This document shows, piece after piece, positions 10,195 to 20,298 of a stretch of DNA of 64,000 bases. A program made the position numbers and the translations under genes. This stretch comes from Gammaproteobacteria bacterium (GTDB lineage: Bacteria > Pseudomonadota > Gammaproteobacteria > JAJDYQ01): assembly GCA_963662865.1 (NCBI GenBank), contig OY759969.1, positions 1,424,565 to 1,488,564 on the forward strand. The letters are read 5' to 3'. Within the stretch, counting starts at the first letter, position 1, and each line of letters begins with the position of its first letter. The notes under the pieces were generated by a model, which was given only the letters and a program-made list of their open reading frames with translations, searched no databases and was not told where the DNA came from.

Positions 10195-11313
10195 ATGAAA
10201 TTCGACGATCTCCCGCAACTGGATGATTATGCTTGGCTGCTCCTGAACGATACACCCATGCTGGATGTGCGTGCACCTGTGGAATTTCGGCAGGGGGCAT
10301 TTCCTAACACCGAGAACATACCACTCATGGATGACGGGGACCGTCATGAAATCGGTATTAAATACAGCCAACAAGGTCAGGATGCGGCCATTGCACTTGG
10401 CTATGAGCGCGTGAGCGGTGCGGTAAAAGAAGTGCGCATAAACGACTGGGCCGATTTCATGTCCAGGCACTCCGATGGCGCACTGTACTGCTTTCGTGGT
10501 GGTATGCGTTCAAAAATCTCACAACAATGGATTTATGAAAAAACGGGAATCGCCTATCCCCGAGTCAAGGGTGGTTATAAGGCATTGCGTCGATTTCTGA
10601 TTGATCAACTCGAAGAAACGGTAAATCGGATACACCCTGTTATTCTCGGTGGTCGTACCGGTACGGGCAAAACAATCCTGCTGCAAAAAATCAAATATAT
10701 GATTGACCTTGAGGGCATATACAACCATCGTGGTTCAGTATTTGGTGCTCATGCCACGCCTCAACCCAGCCAGATTGACGCCGAAAATCGTCTGTCTATT
10801 GACCTCCTGAAACTCCGCCATCAGGGCGTAAAAAGTATCGTGTTTGAAGATGAATCAGCCAACATCGGTTCCCGCCGTATCCCGCAAAATCTCTACGTTC
10901 TAATGAAACAGTCGCCTATTGTGTTACTGGATGCCACAGATGAGGAACGAGTCGATATAACCTTCGATGAATACATTACCAATGCACTCAGTGAGTACCG
11001 GCAACTGTATGGAAACGAAAAAGGCTCTGACCGCTGGGCCAATTATCTAGTGATATCAATTGACAGAATCCGAAGCCGTCTCGGCGACGTACGTCACAAG
11101 GAACTGCGACAACTGATGGCAACCGCCATTAAACAGCATCGTGAACATGATGACTTATCCGCTCACAGGCAATGGATTTACAGACTGCTGGTCGACTACT
11201 ACGACCCCATGTACGACTACCAGCTCAGTAAAAAACGGGATCGTATTGCATTTAAGGGTAACAGTGAGCAGGTCCTGTCATATCTCCGGGCATCATATCG
11301 CCAGGCCGAGTAA
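10195..11313 (+). CDS. mnmH: tRNA 2-selenouridine synthase MnmH (SelU/YbbB): rhodanese domain plus P-loop domain
   Basis: It has an N-terminal rhodanese fold (LLDVRAPVEF...CFRGGMRSK) and a P-loop (GGRTGTGKT). The length, 372 aa, is typical. Confidence 0.8.
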   Translation: MKFDDLPQLDDYAWLLLNDTPMLDVRAPVEFRQGAFPNTENIPLMDDGDRHEIGIKYSQQGQDAAIALGYERVSGAVKEVRINDWADFMSRHSDGALYCFRGGMRSKISQQWIYEKTGIAYPRVKGGYKALRRFLIDQLEETVNRIHPVILGGRTGTGKTILLQKIKYMIDLEGIYNHRGSVFGAHATPQPSQIDAENRLSIDLLKLRHQGVKSIVFEDESANIGSRRIPQNLYVLMKQSPIVLLDATDEERVDITFDEYITNALSEYRQLYGNEKGSDRWANYLVISIDRIRSRLGDVRHKELRQLMATAIKQHREHDDLSAHRQWIYRLLVDYYDPMYDYQLSKKRDRIAFKGNSEQVLSYLRASYRQAE

Positions 11314-11827
11314 ATCCAATGCTGCGTTCTATTACCAGTATCACGACATGATCGGGAATAGATAAGGTTTAGGGACTATCTCGGATAGCCGGCCCATTTC
11401 ACCCTTAGCCCATTGAGTTAAGGAAACTCTGATCAAGTCCATCCTTGAGTTTGTTTGGAGCTTCTCCGGATAAAATCCAGCTATCCAAGACAGTCTCCAT
11501 CATAATTCACGCCTCACAGGCATGAAAATATGTTCTTGCTCGAAGCGAGATAGGCCATAGAATCGTGCAAAAAAATCAACGCTGACAAAAACATGGCAAT
11601 AAATCCTGTTCAGTCATACTATTTAGCTATTGTGATGGCACGATTCACTTTAGCCTCTGATTGTCAATAATCATTTTTTAATATGAATCAATAGTTAAAA
11701 TATCCTAAATGAGGGGTAACACTATTTTTTGAGGGCTGATATGGTTTATAGTAGCTATTGTGTACTCAAGAACTGAATAAATGTTTGCGGACGGAATCCG
11801 CCCGTCTGAATGTAGGGGCATACTATT

Positions 11828-11962
11828 ATGCGTAAGTTTTTTTTGATTCTAATGACTCTGTTTCTCACTGCCGGTATCCCTGCGGTTCACGCAGAAAACA
11901 GCGAAGACACCCCCCGCGATGAAGCCGAGCCTGAAGATGAAGACGAGCCTGAATGCGATTAA
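11828..11962 (+). CDS. Small secreted acidic peptide (44 aa), hypothetical
   Basis: MRKFFLILMTLFLTAGIPAVHA|ENSEDTPRDEAEPEDEDEPECD. It has a clear signal peptide with AXA-like cleavage, then a 22-residue D/E-rich tail ending in Cys-Asp. A GGGG SD-like element lies about 8 nt upstream. It sits in an AT-rich 0.8-kb gap and is not in the ORF track because it is shorter than 60 aa. Confidence 0.3.
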   Translation: MRKFFLILMTLFLTAGIPAVHAENSEDTPRDEAEPEDEDEPECD

Positions 11963-12100
11963 ACATTGAAACACGAACTTAAAGAATTCTTATGCCGGGC
12001 TGCGACTAGCAGGTCGGTGAGAATGTAATAATCCGGTAGATTATTTAATGACCTGATGTAACGAAATGTAACCGAGAAAATCCTAAGGAGGAGTAAGTCG

Positions 12101-12757
12101 ATGAAATTCACTAAAGTACTGGCGTCTGGTGCCGTTGTTATCAGTCTGGTTCTGTCTGGCGCTGCTTCAGCCCAAAAGCTGAGAGTAGGCATCACACCGA
12201 CCGAAGATTCTTACACTGTTAGGCACAATGGTAAGAATCACAAAATCATTCGTGACCAAAACGAGAAAGCAACTGTTATTCCGGCTTTCGCTAAAACTTC
12301 ACGCAAATGTCCCCCCTTCTGCATCCAACCTTCAACTCTGGCTCCCGGCGTGGAAACGATCGGCGAAGTTGAAGTCATCAACTACGCAGTCAAAATGTCT
12401 AATGGCGACGACAGCATCATCGTAGTTGACTCCCGTACGCCTGACTGGGTTGCTAAAGGGACGATCCCTTCGGCTAAAAACCTGCCTTGGACCAAGCTGA
12501 ACCCTGCTAAAGGTGCCGACCCTATCTCCATCGGTGAGATCATGGAAGACGAGTTTGGCGCAACTCAGCAGGAAGGTCTGTGGGACTTTTCTAACGCCAA
12601 AACCGCTGTAATGTTCTGCAACGGCATGTGGTGCGGCCAATCTCCAAACAACATCAAGAACCTGCTGAGATTTGGCTACCCGGCTCACAAGATCAAGTGG
12701 TACCGTGGCGGGATGCAGGACTGGGCTATTCTGGGTCTGACTACCACCAAGCCTTAA
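12101..12757 (+). CDS. Periplasmic rhodanese-like domain protein (sulfurtransferase family)
   Basis: Strong RBS AAGGAGG at 12085-12091, signal peptide (ASGAVVISLVLSGAASA), and a rhodanese-like fold with a Cys-containing loop (FCNGMWCGQS). Confidence 0.65.
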   Translation: MKFTKVLASGAVVISLVLSGAASAQKLRVGITPTEDSYTVRHNGKNHKIIRDQNEKATVIPAFAKTSRKCPPFCIQPSTLAPGVETIGEVEVINYAVKMSNGDDSIIVVDSRTPDWVAKGTIPSAKNLPWTKLNPAKGADPISIGEIMEDEFGATQQEGLWDFSNAKTAVMFCNGMWCGQSPNNIKNLLRFGYPAHKIKWYRGGMQDWAILGLTTTKP

Positions 12758-12828
12758 TTCACTGCAAGGTCTGAAAGAAAATCAGAGCATAGCGATTCCA
12801 CTCTCCCCGGTTATCCGGGATTTACTTA

Positions 12829-12858
12829 CGGCGGTGATGATGCACCGCCTTTTTTTGT
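12829..12858 (+). terminator. Rho-independent terminator after the rhodanese gene
   Basis: GGCGGTGATGATGCACCGCC hairpin followed by a TTTTTTT run. Confidence 0.6.
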
Positions 12859-13039
12859 CCGAAGGTCTGTCAGCATGAATGATTGGCCATTATCTGGCAG
12901 GCCTCATACACCGATCAATTCCCGACAAGGCAGTAGTTTAGTTGCTGCTATCTGTGTCATTTCCTCCCACTCCTATTGATGCACGGTTAATTACAAATCA
13001 GGTAATATTCCGCCCCCGTATTACTCCACACCAATATCA

Positions 13040-15814
13040 ATGTCGATTTATTACCCTGGCCAACGCTGGCTGAGTGAAACCGAAATAGAATATGGTATTG
13101 GTACCATTCTGGCCGTGGAAAACAGGCGCGTTACCGTACTTTATCGCACCGCTATGGAGACCCGCGTCTATGCGCAACACAACGCACCGCTTACCCGAGT
13201 CAAGTTTGAGGCGGGCGACACGATTACCACCAACAACGGCACAAGTCTCCATATCGATAAAATAATCACTAATGAACATGGCGTGATCACTTATGTGGGG
13301 CGGGGTCAGAACAATGAACCTGACAAAGTCAATGAGGTGGACATTGATCACCGCTTGCCCATTCATGGTCCCGCCAGTCGATTACTAAGTGGCCAGATTG
13401 ATGACGCCCACTGGTTTACCCTCAGACTCCAGGCCCGGCATTTTGAAGGCATGATCTGGCGATCCCCCGTCCGAGGGCTTCAGGGCGCACGTATGGCCCT
13501 GGTGCCCCATCAGCTTTACATCGCTGAGCGCATTACCCAAAAGCGAAACGCCCGCGCCCTGCTGGCTGATGAAGTAGGACTGGGGAAAACCATTGAAGCC
13601 TGCCTCGTATTACATCGCCGCATTGTTCGGGGACAATGCAAACGCGCATTAATCATCGTCCCTCCGGCACTTGTCAATCAGTGGCTGGTTGAATTACTGC
13701 GTCGCTTTAACCTGTCGTTTTCTATTTTTAATGAGGAGCGCTGCCAGGACCTGGAATCCGGCGGACAAAATCCATTTATTCAATCGCAATTCGTGTTGTG
13801 CTCATTGTCGCTATTCGATAATACCTCTCGCCTGCAACAGGCACTGGAAGCGGGTTGGGATATGCTCATAGTCGATGAAGCACACCATCTTCACTGGACA
13901 CCTGAAGGGGCAGACCGGGACTACGCCAGCACTGAACTTCTAAGTGAAAACATACCCTCTGTTTTACTGCTCACAGCAACGCCGGAACAGCTCGGCAGAC
14001 AGGGCCACTTTGCACGATTGCGGCTACTTGACCCAAAGAGGTTCCATGATCTGGGGAAACTCACTGCCGAAGAACAGGAGTTTGAACCTGTGGCCAATCT
14101 CGCTGAAGCCATACTGACTGAGGTCGGTTCGACTGACTCTTTGGCCAAGCAGCTTGCAGATTATGGGATTCAAATCACCGCTGATGAATTGCCTGTGGGC
14201 CGGGAAAGCCTGGCTCGACAGCTTGTCGATTTACATGGCACAAGCCGCCTTTTATTTCGCAATACTCGAAAAACCATCAGCGGATTCCCCCAACGGGCGG
14301 CATACACTTACCCACTGGAGCATGCGTCAACACGACCTGATCAGGCAGTATCGGCCATTTATGAAGAAATTCTCAATAACGATCCCAGGATACCCTGGTT
14401 GATCGAAACGGTACGCAAACTCCGGCCGGAGAAAAGCCTGTTAATTTGCTCCCGGGCAGATACCGCCTTGGCTCTGGAGGGATACCTGCAAAAAAAAGAG
14501 GGCATACGCTGCATCACCTTCCATGAAAGACTTAGCATTATCCGGCGTGATCGTGCGGCTGCCTGGTTTGCTGAAGAAAACGGTGCGGAGATTCTTCTGT
14601 GTTCAGAAATTGGTAGCGAGGGGCGAAACTTCCAGTTTGCCCACCATTTGCTTTTATTCGACCTTCCCATGAATCCGGATCTCCTGGAACAGCGTATTGG
14701 TCGCCTGGACAGAATTGGCCAACAAACGCAGGTCAATCTACATATCCCTTATATAAAAGACAGCGCACATCAACACTTACTGGAATGGTATCAGCGGGTA
14801 ACTCACATTTTTCAGGAACCGGATGCCGTAGCCGCATCGGTCTATGAGCAGAATTCAAATTTCAGACTGAACCTGTTTTCAGGCTCTGAAAAACGAATCG
14901 ATACATTGATAAAGGAAGACGCCACAGCCGCTAAACACATGAGAGAGGGCCTGCGTAAAGGTCGTGACCGGCTGCTGTCTCTATCCTCTTTTAATGAACT
15001 TGATGCGCTGGCTATCGTCCGGGAAATCAGAACACTGGACGCAGATAAGCGGCTTATTTCCTTCATGGAATCCATCTATGACATGTTCGGCATAGAAAGC
15101 GAACACCATTCCGAACTCAGAGAGGTGATCCGCCCGGGCGATCATATGCTGGAGGGACATTTCCCTTTTCTGGCCGATGACGGCACTTTAATCACCTATG
15201 ATCGCGATACCGCTCTAATCCATGAGGACACCCAATTCCTGACCTGGGACCATCCAATGGTGACTGGTGCCATAGATACGGTCACCAGTGGCAAGTTCGG
15301 CAACAGCGCTCTGAGTCTGGTGTACTGCGACGCCCTGCCCGCAGGCGCGTCTCTGCTGGAGTTAATATACCGGGTGGACTGCCCCAGTCCGGCCGACCTG
15401 CCCGCTCTTCGCTATATCGAGCAACCCATATTGAGACTCCTGCTTGATAACAGAGGACGCAACATGGCAAACAAGCTATCACACGAGAACCTGACCGAGA
15501 CGACATATCGAATTGACAGAGTCGTCGCCAAACAGGCTATCAAGGCTCAGGCCAGAGAGATCGGAGATCTCATCAAAAAGAGTAAGAAACTTGCTGACCG
15601 GAAGCTGGTCATGGTCATCAAACAGGCCCAAAAAACCCTGCAAAAGCATTCCAGTGAAGAGGTACAGCGGCTTGCCGTGTTAAAGAAACACAATCCGAAT
15701 ATCACGGCCGCGGACGTAAGGTCTCAGATCGAATATCGTGATGAAATACTCCGGTTACTGGAGCAGGCCACTATTAAACTTGATGCGATCAGGCTTATCG
15801 TTATCTCTGATTAG
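13040..15814 (+). CDS. rapA: RNA polymerase-associated SNF2-family ATPase RapA (HepA)
   Basis: The N-terminus MSIYYPGQRWLSETEIEYGIGTIL parallels E. coli RapA (GQRWISDTESELGLGTV). Helicase motifs are DEVGLGKTIEA and DEAHHL, with a C-terminal SNF2 helicase domain. Length is 924 aa. Confidence 0.9.
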   Translation: MSIYYPGQRWLSETEIEYGIGTILAVENRRVTVLYRTAMETRVYAQHNAPLTRVKFEAGDTITTNNGTSLHIDKIITNEHGVITYVGRGQNNEPDKVNEVDIDHRLPIHGPASRLLSGQIDDAHWFTLRLQARHFEGMIWRSPVRGLQGARMALVPHQLYIAERITQKRNARALLADEVGLGKTIEACLVLHRRIVRGQCKRALIIVPPALVNQWLVELLRRFNLSFSIFNEERCQDLESGGQNPFIQSQFVLCSLSLFDNTSRLQQALEAGWDMLIVDEAHHLHWTPEGADRDYASTELLSENIPSVLLLTATPEQLGRQGHFARLRLLDPKRFHDLGKLTAEEQEFEPVANLAEAILTEVGSTDSLAKQLADYGIQITADELPVGRESLARQLVDLHGTSRLLFRNTRKTISGFPQRAAYTYPLEHASTRPDQAVSAIYEEILNNDPRIPWLIETVRKLRPEKSLLICSRADTALALEGYLQKKEGIRCITFHERLSIIRRDRAAAWFAEENGAEILLCSEIGSEGRNFQFAHHLLLFDLPMNPDLLEQRIGRLDRIGQQTQVNLHIPYIKDSAHQHLLEWYQRVTHIFQEPDAVAASVYEQNSNFRLNLFSGSEKRIDTLIKEDATAAKHMREGLRKGRDRLLSLSSFNELDALAIVREIRTLDADKRLISFMESIYDMFGIESEHHSELREVIRPGDHMLEGHFPFLADDGTLITYDRDTALIHEDTQFLTWDHPMVTGAIDTVTSGKFGNSALSLVYCDALPAGASLLELIYRVDCPSPADLPALRYIEQPILRLLLDNRGRNMANKLSHENLTETTYRIDRVVAKQAIKAQAREIGDLIKKSKKLADRKLVMVIKQAQKTLQKHSSEEVQRLAVLKKHNPNITAADVRSQIEYRDEILRLLEQATIKLDAIRLIVISD

Positions 15815-15970
15815 ATGATCCGGGGCGACAAACCAGTTTCTATTCGGAGATTTTCCCGATTAATCCGCATTAATTTCAGCAAAAAATATGCGGAACAGTG
15901 CCCAAAATCTCTCTGGTTTAGTCTAAAATGCGCCCCCGAATTTTTGCACATACATAATATGGAGTTTTGA

Positions 15971-16702
15971 GTGGACCAAGCAAATATTGAACGACAGCTA
16001 AAGATATGGAAAGAGCTTGCGGCCAGCAAGCAGTTACTGATTCGCGCAGCGACTGATGCTCTGGACCTTGACTCTGATTGCGGAGCTGATGTCCTGAAAA
16101 GCAAGCTTGATGAAGCAATCAAACGCTCCATGGAGGCTGACGCCAGTATTGAACACGCCCGAGAGCAGGCGCGTATTGCGGTAGAAGTCATGGAGAAAAA
16201 GATGGCTGACAGCAATAAGGCTGCCGAAAAAGCGCGTGAAGCGGAAAAAGCTGCTGAAAAAGAACAAGAAAAACTCCAGCAAAACATGAAAGCCATGCGT
16301 AGCACCAATGCAGACGAAGTAAGGAAAGCCAAAGCCACCATTGCCGAAAAAGACAAGACCCTCAAGGCGATCAATAAGGCCCTGGCCGATACACCTGAGA
16401 ATGTCTTCAAAAAATTAAATTCTTTGAAAAAACAGAAAGCTGATGCCATCAAAGCGCAAAAACAAGCCGAAGCAACGACACGTACCACGCGCAAGGAAAA
16501 ACAACAGACTCAACAAAAGCTGAATAGTGTGCAGAACGCAGCGAGAACGCTGACCAAACAGTTTCGTAACCTGCACCAGGTCTGCACCGATATTCGGAAA
16601 CAACTCAAACCGTTGCTTAAAGACGATAGCAGTGTACCCGAGATCCCTGAGCCGGACGAAAAAATCCTGAAAAGCCTCGAAAAGGCCGAGAATGAGGATT
16701 GA
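15971..16702 (+). CDS. Hypothetical K/E/A-rich coiled-coil protein
   Basis: 243 aa, almost entirely low-complexity heptad-like KAxEKA repeats. No enzymatic motif. Codon usage is consistent with coding. Confidence 0.45.
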   Translation: MDQANIERQLKIWKELAASKQLLIRAATDALDLDSDCGADVLKSKLDEAIKRSMEADASIEHAREQARIAVEVMEKKMADSNKAAEKAREAEKAAEKEQEKLQQNMKAMRSTNADEVRKAKATIAEKDKTLKAINKALADTPENVFKKLNSLKKQKADAIKAQKQAEATTRTTRKEKQQTQQKLNSVQNAARTLTKQFRNLHQVCTDIRKQLKPLLKDDSSVPEIPEPDEKILKSLEKAENED

Positions 16703-17320
16703 AGACAGTGTTGGTAACATTCTTCGAACCAGCAATATGCCTATGCCGATTGCTTCATTTTGAATGAATTCACTTTGTATCGGTTTAGAAGCCTTTGCTC
16801 TCTGGAACCAAAAGGACTGCCATATACAACACAATCAGTGATCTGATGCCTTTTGGGGGCAATACATACAGCCGGATGCCCAGGTACTATACAGATTGTT
16901 TCAAATTCGTCGCGGAACTCACTACCGCCATCTACCTGGATTGAAGTCAGATCAAACGGGAGTTATTCGACAAGACAGGTCAGAGAGTCTACGGTGTGCA
17001 ACTGAGCTTGCGAATCAATTAACTCTCAATTCGCCGCTATTTGTTAAGGACCGGCTGTTGAACCGGTTCCAGATCCACACCCGGATTATGCCTGCAACTT
17101 GTACTGCTTTAGTCCCATTCGGGACGAATTACAAGCCTTTGTATGAATTTTCCACATATTACTTTTTTGTTGCTGCTTATCAATAGCAATGCACGGTGGC
17201 TCACCGCCCCGGCTCTCCGGGTGCTTTCTGTCGGATATGCCGGGTTTGGAAGTCAAGAACCAGCTAAAGCACCCCGGGAGCAACTATGGAGAGCAGTTCA
17301 AGCCTTCAGCGGGATGGTAG

Positions 17321-17668
17321 CTACATCGTGTGAGTGGAGCGATCTGATTCAAGTGCTCCGGCCAGAAAGCCTTCAATCTTGTTTTTTGTAGTGCTTTTAT
17401 CCTGTTCGCCAAACTGAACACCTATTCCTGCCTGTCGACCTCCCTGCGCACCCTCAGGTGTCACCCAGACAATTTTACCGGCAACGGGAGTTTTCTCCTT
17501 GGAATCCATTAAGGTTACCAGCATGAAAACTTCATCACCAAGCTTATAAGAGGATTTTCTGGTCGGTATGAACAGACCACCATTTTTAATAAAAGGCATA
17601 TATGCTGCGTACAGTGCCGCCTTGTCCTTGATTGATAAAGACAATAAACTTTGCAATCCGGTTGACAT
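17321..17668 (-). CDS. pilZ: Type IV pilus assembly PilZ-domain protein
   Basis: 115 aa immediately downstream of holB. This is the conserved holB-pilZ arrangement of Pseudomonas and Xanthomonas. It has a PilZ-like beta-barrel sequence. Confidence 0.65.
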   Translation of the reverse strand: MSTGLQSLLSLSIKDKAALYAAYMPFIKNGGLFIPTRKSSYKLGDEVFMLVTLMDSKEKTPVAGKIVWVTPEGAQGGRQAGIGVQFGEQDKSTTKNKIEGFLAGALESDRSTHTM

Positions 17669-17671
17669 AAT

Positions 17672-18691
17672 TTACACCTCTGTCGTTTTGCTCGACGGTC
17701 CAAGCGCGAACCAGCGAGACAGAATTTGTTCTATAAATAACTCGCGATTGAGATTTGCAGTCAAGTCAAGAGAAGCCTGATTCAAATAATCAAGATACTC
17801 GTACAGCTTAATCAAGTCTATTGTATCAGTTGATATTTTCAAGTCTCTCAGGAAATAAGAGAGTCTAATAGATGTAGAATTACCACCCATCAAGTGACGA
17901 ATAAGGTCGATCACAAGTTGTCTGAGCCATGCGATACATATACTCAAATCAAAATTTTTCCAGCGTTGCGCCACAGAAAAAACCGATAACTTACTCTGAT
18001 AAAGCAAGGCAATATCTTTCAATACTTCATCCTGCTGAGAAGCCATTCCTCGGTCATGGAACTCCCTGGCTGTAACCGGTGACCCATTCGCCAGCTCAAG
18101 ATATCGCTCGGCATTCCCCCCAATATCCTGCTGAAGCCAATCTACGGCAGTCTGATGCTGCGGAAGCCCCACAACCGTGCGATGACACCGACTCCTGATC
18201 GTCGGTGGCAATAAACCGGCGTTATGGCTGATAAGGATGATAACAGTGTCACCTACCGGTTCCTCAAGCGTTTTCAACAACGCATTTGTAGCGGCATCAT
18301 GCATGGCCTCAGCCGGTCTGATTAGAACAACCTTATGCGTTGAAAACTGCGCCATGAGGGATAATCGGGAAATGAGATCACGTACCTGATCGACAGAAAT
18401 CAGGGTCTTGTCTTCAATGGGGAGAAGCTCCACATAGTCAGGATGCGTTCCGGCTGCAAATAGCTCAAATGCCCTGTTTTCGCTAATATTTGATGAATTG
18501 ATCAGCACAGATAAGGCAAGGCTGCGCCCTAATTCATGCTTTCCAATACCCTGCGGGCCTGTAAGCAACAAGGCGTGAGGCAGGTGCCCACTTTGCTGAA
18601 CACGGACCAGGCTCTCATAACTCTGGTGCAACCAGGGATAGAGATTTGCTTTAGGGTTCACTGGTTCTTCCATTGCCTTTGCTGTTTGCAA
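17672..18691 (-). CDS. holB: DNA polymerase III delta-prime subunit HolB
   Basis: AAA+ clamp-loader fold with LLTGPQGIGKHELGRSLA and SRC-like motifs. Length is 339 aa. Confidence 0.8.
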   Translation of the reverse strand: MQTAKAMEEPVNPKANLYPWLHQSYESLVRVQQSGHLPHALLLTGPQGIGKHELGRSLALSVLINSSNISENRAFELFAAGTHPDYVELLPIEDKTLISVDQVRDLISRLSLMAQFSTHKVVLIRPAEAMHDAATNALLKTLEEPVGDTVIILISHNAGLLPPTIRSRCHRTVVGLPQHQTAVDWLQQDIGGNAERYLELANGSPVTAREFHDRGMASQQDEVLKDIALLYQSKLSVFSVAQRWKNFDLSICIAWLRQLVIDLIRHLMGGNSTSIRLSYFLRDLKISTDTIDLIKLYEYLDYLNQASLDLTANLNRELFIEQILSRWFALGPSSKTTEV

Positions 18692-19089
18692 ATATACATG
18701 GGTCCTTCATTATAAAAGCCACAAACTAACTCAGGCAACCTTAGCATACGTGCCTGACTCCGGGAGCCGATTCCCTGAAAAACGCAGGAGAAGCTAAAAG
18801 TTCTCCATATTTTCAGAAGACCGGCTATTCGCAGACCTTCAGGCGCTCTATCGGGTGACTGACTGACCGATGACAATACGCACTACTGGCAGCACCCACA
18901 ATGATAGTATCAACCTGCAATCTCCGCTGCAATGGCCCGCCCTCGCCCCGAGCGCCAAGGCGACCGACTGATACAAATGCTGTAAAAGCGGTATAATTCG
19001 GTGATATACTCAAGAAGTCAATTACAGGGCTTTGTCTTCACATTGTCACACATACTTTGGAAATATATCAGTTTTAAGGAAAATGCTGC

Positions 19090-20154
19090 ATGAATTCAGC
19101 CACCGTAGATAAGCAGGTTCTTCGTACTTTAGTGCCAATTAACGGACTGAATCCAGAGCGTTTTTCTGAATTGACCGAGAAAGTTACCGTCGATACGGTA
19201 ACTCAGGGTCGATACGCTTTCAAACGAGGAGATGAGGACAAAAAATCAGTTTATGTTATTGATGGCGAGGTCGAACTGCTTAATCAAGACGGGCAGGTTC
19301 TGAAAAACATTAAAGGCGGCACCCCTAATGCCACTCACCCTCTTGCGCCTTTACAACCCCGCCAACTCAGTGCCCGTATTGTTAAGGATGCAACCTTTGT
19401 CCGCGTAGATAGCGATCTGCTTGATCTAATGCTTACCTGGGATCAGACGGGCAGCTATGACGTCGTCGAACTCAACAAAAAGCAGGATATTGAGAATGAA
19501 GACAGTGGCGACTGGATGACCAAGATATTGCGAGCAAAGGCATTTCACCGCGTCCCTCCTGCCAATATTCAAACCATGTTCATGGCGATGAAAGCAGTTG
19601 GTTTTAGTCAGGGTGACACCGTCATTAAACAGGGAGAAGAAGGAGATTATTTTTATATCATCAGCAAAGGCAAATGTCAGGTAGTCCGCGAAACTCCCAA
19701 TAAACCCGAAGGCGTACGATTGGCTATTCTGTCTGAAGGAGACAGTTTTGGTGAAGAAGCGCTAATATCCTCCGCCAGACGTAATGCAACCATCAAAATG
19801 GCTGCCGATGGAACATTAATGCGCCTTTCCAAGGACGACTTCGAGACGCTGCTCAAAGAGCCTCTTATGAAAACCGCCACCCTGAACGAAGCCAAAAAAA
19901 TGATTGCAAAGGGTGCAAAACTACTGGATGTTCGTCTTCCAAAAGAATTCGAAAAATGGAACATCAAAGGCAGCATCAATATCCCTTTGTATTTTCTGCG
20001 AGAAAAAATTGATACATTACAGGAGTCGCAACGATATATCGTTGCATGCGATACCGGAAGACGCAGCTCCTCAGCAGGCTATATTCTGAGTGAAAGAGGT
20101 TTCGATGCCTATGTCCTGAAAGGTGGTCTGCAACAGGCAATGCCTCAGACTTAA
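19090..20154 (+). CDS. Tandem cyclic-nucleotide-binding (CAP_ED x2) protein fused to a C-terminal rhodanese domain
   Basis: Two cNMP-binding signatures (GDSFGEEALISSARRNATIKMAADGTLMRLSKDDF and an upstream degenerate copy), then a rhodanese fold (LLDVRLPKEF...YIVACDTGRRSSSAGYIL). Confidence 0.75.
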   Translation: MNSATVDKQVLRTLVPINGLNPERFSELTEKVTVDTVTQGRYAFKRGDEDKKSVYVIDGEVELLNQDGQVLKNIKGGTPNATHPLAPLQPRQLSARIVKDATFVRVDSDLLDLMLTWDQTGSYDVVELNKKQDIENEDSGDWMTKILRAKAFHRVPPANIQTMFMAMKAVGFSQGDTVIKQGEEGDYFYIISKGKCQVVRETPNKPEGVRLAILSEGDSFGEEALISSARRNATIKMAADGTLMRLSKDDFETLLKEPLMKTATLNEAKKMIAKGAKLLDVRLPKEFEKWNIKGSINIPLYFLREKIDTLQESQRYIVACDTGRRSSSAGYILSERGFDAYVLKGGLQQAMPQT

Positions 20155-20298
20155 ACCAGTACAGCGTTTCAGGAATCAGTTTGCCCGAACGCCGGGGCAG
20201 AATATTACTCAGCTTCGTAATTATTGTGTTGCTTCTGCCACACAAGGTAAGCAGCAGATCATCAACTTTTCATTACTCATTACTATTGATCAAATAGA

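Noticed and set aside
15811-16494. 227-aa minus-strand ORF
   Set aside because: Antisense shadow of the low-complexity K/E/A-rich coiled-coil gene. The complement of GAA/GCT-rich codons gives a Ser/Ala/Phe-rich open frame. The plus-strand gene has the better start context.
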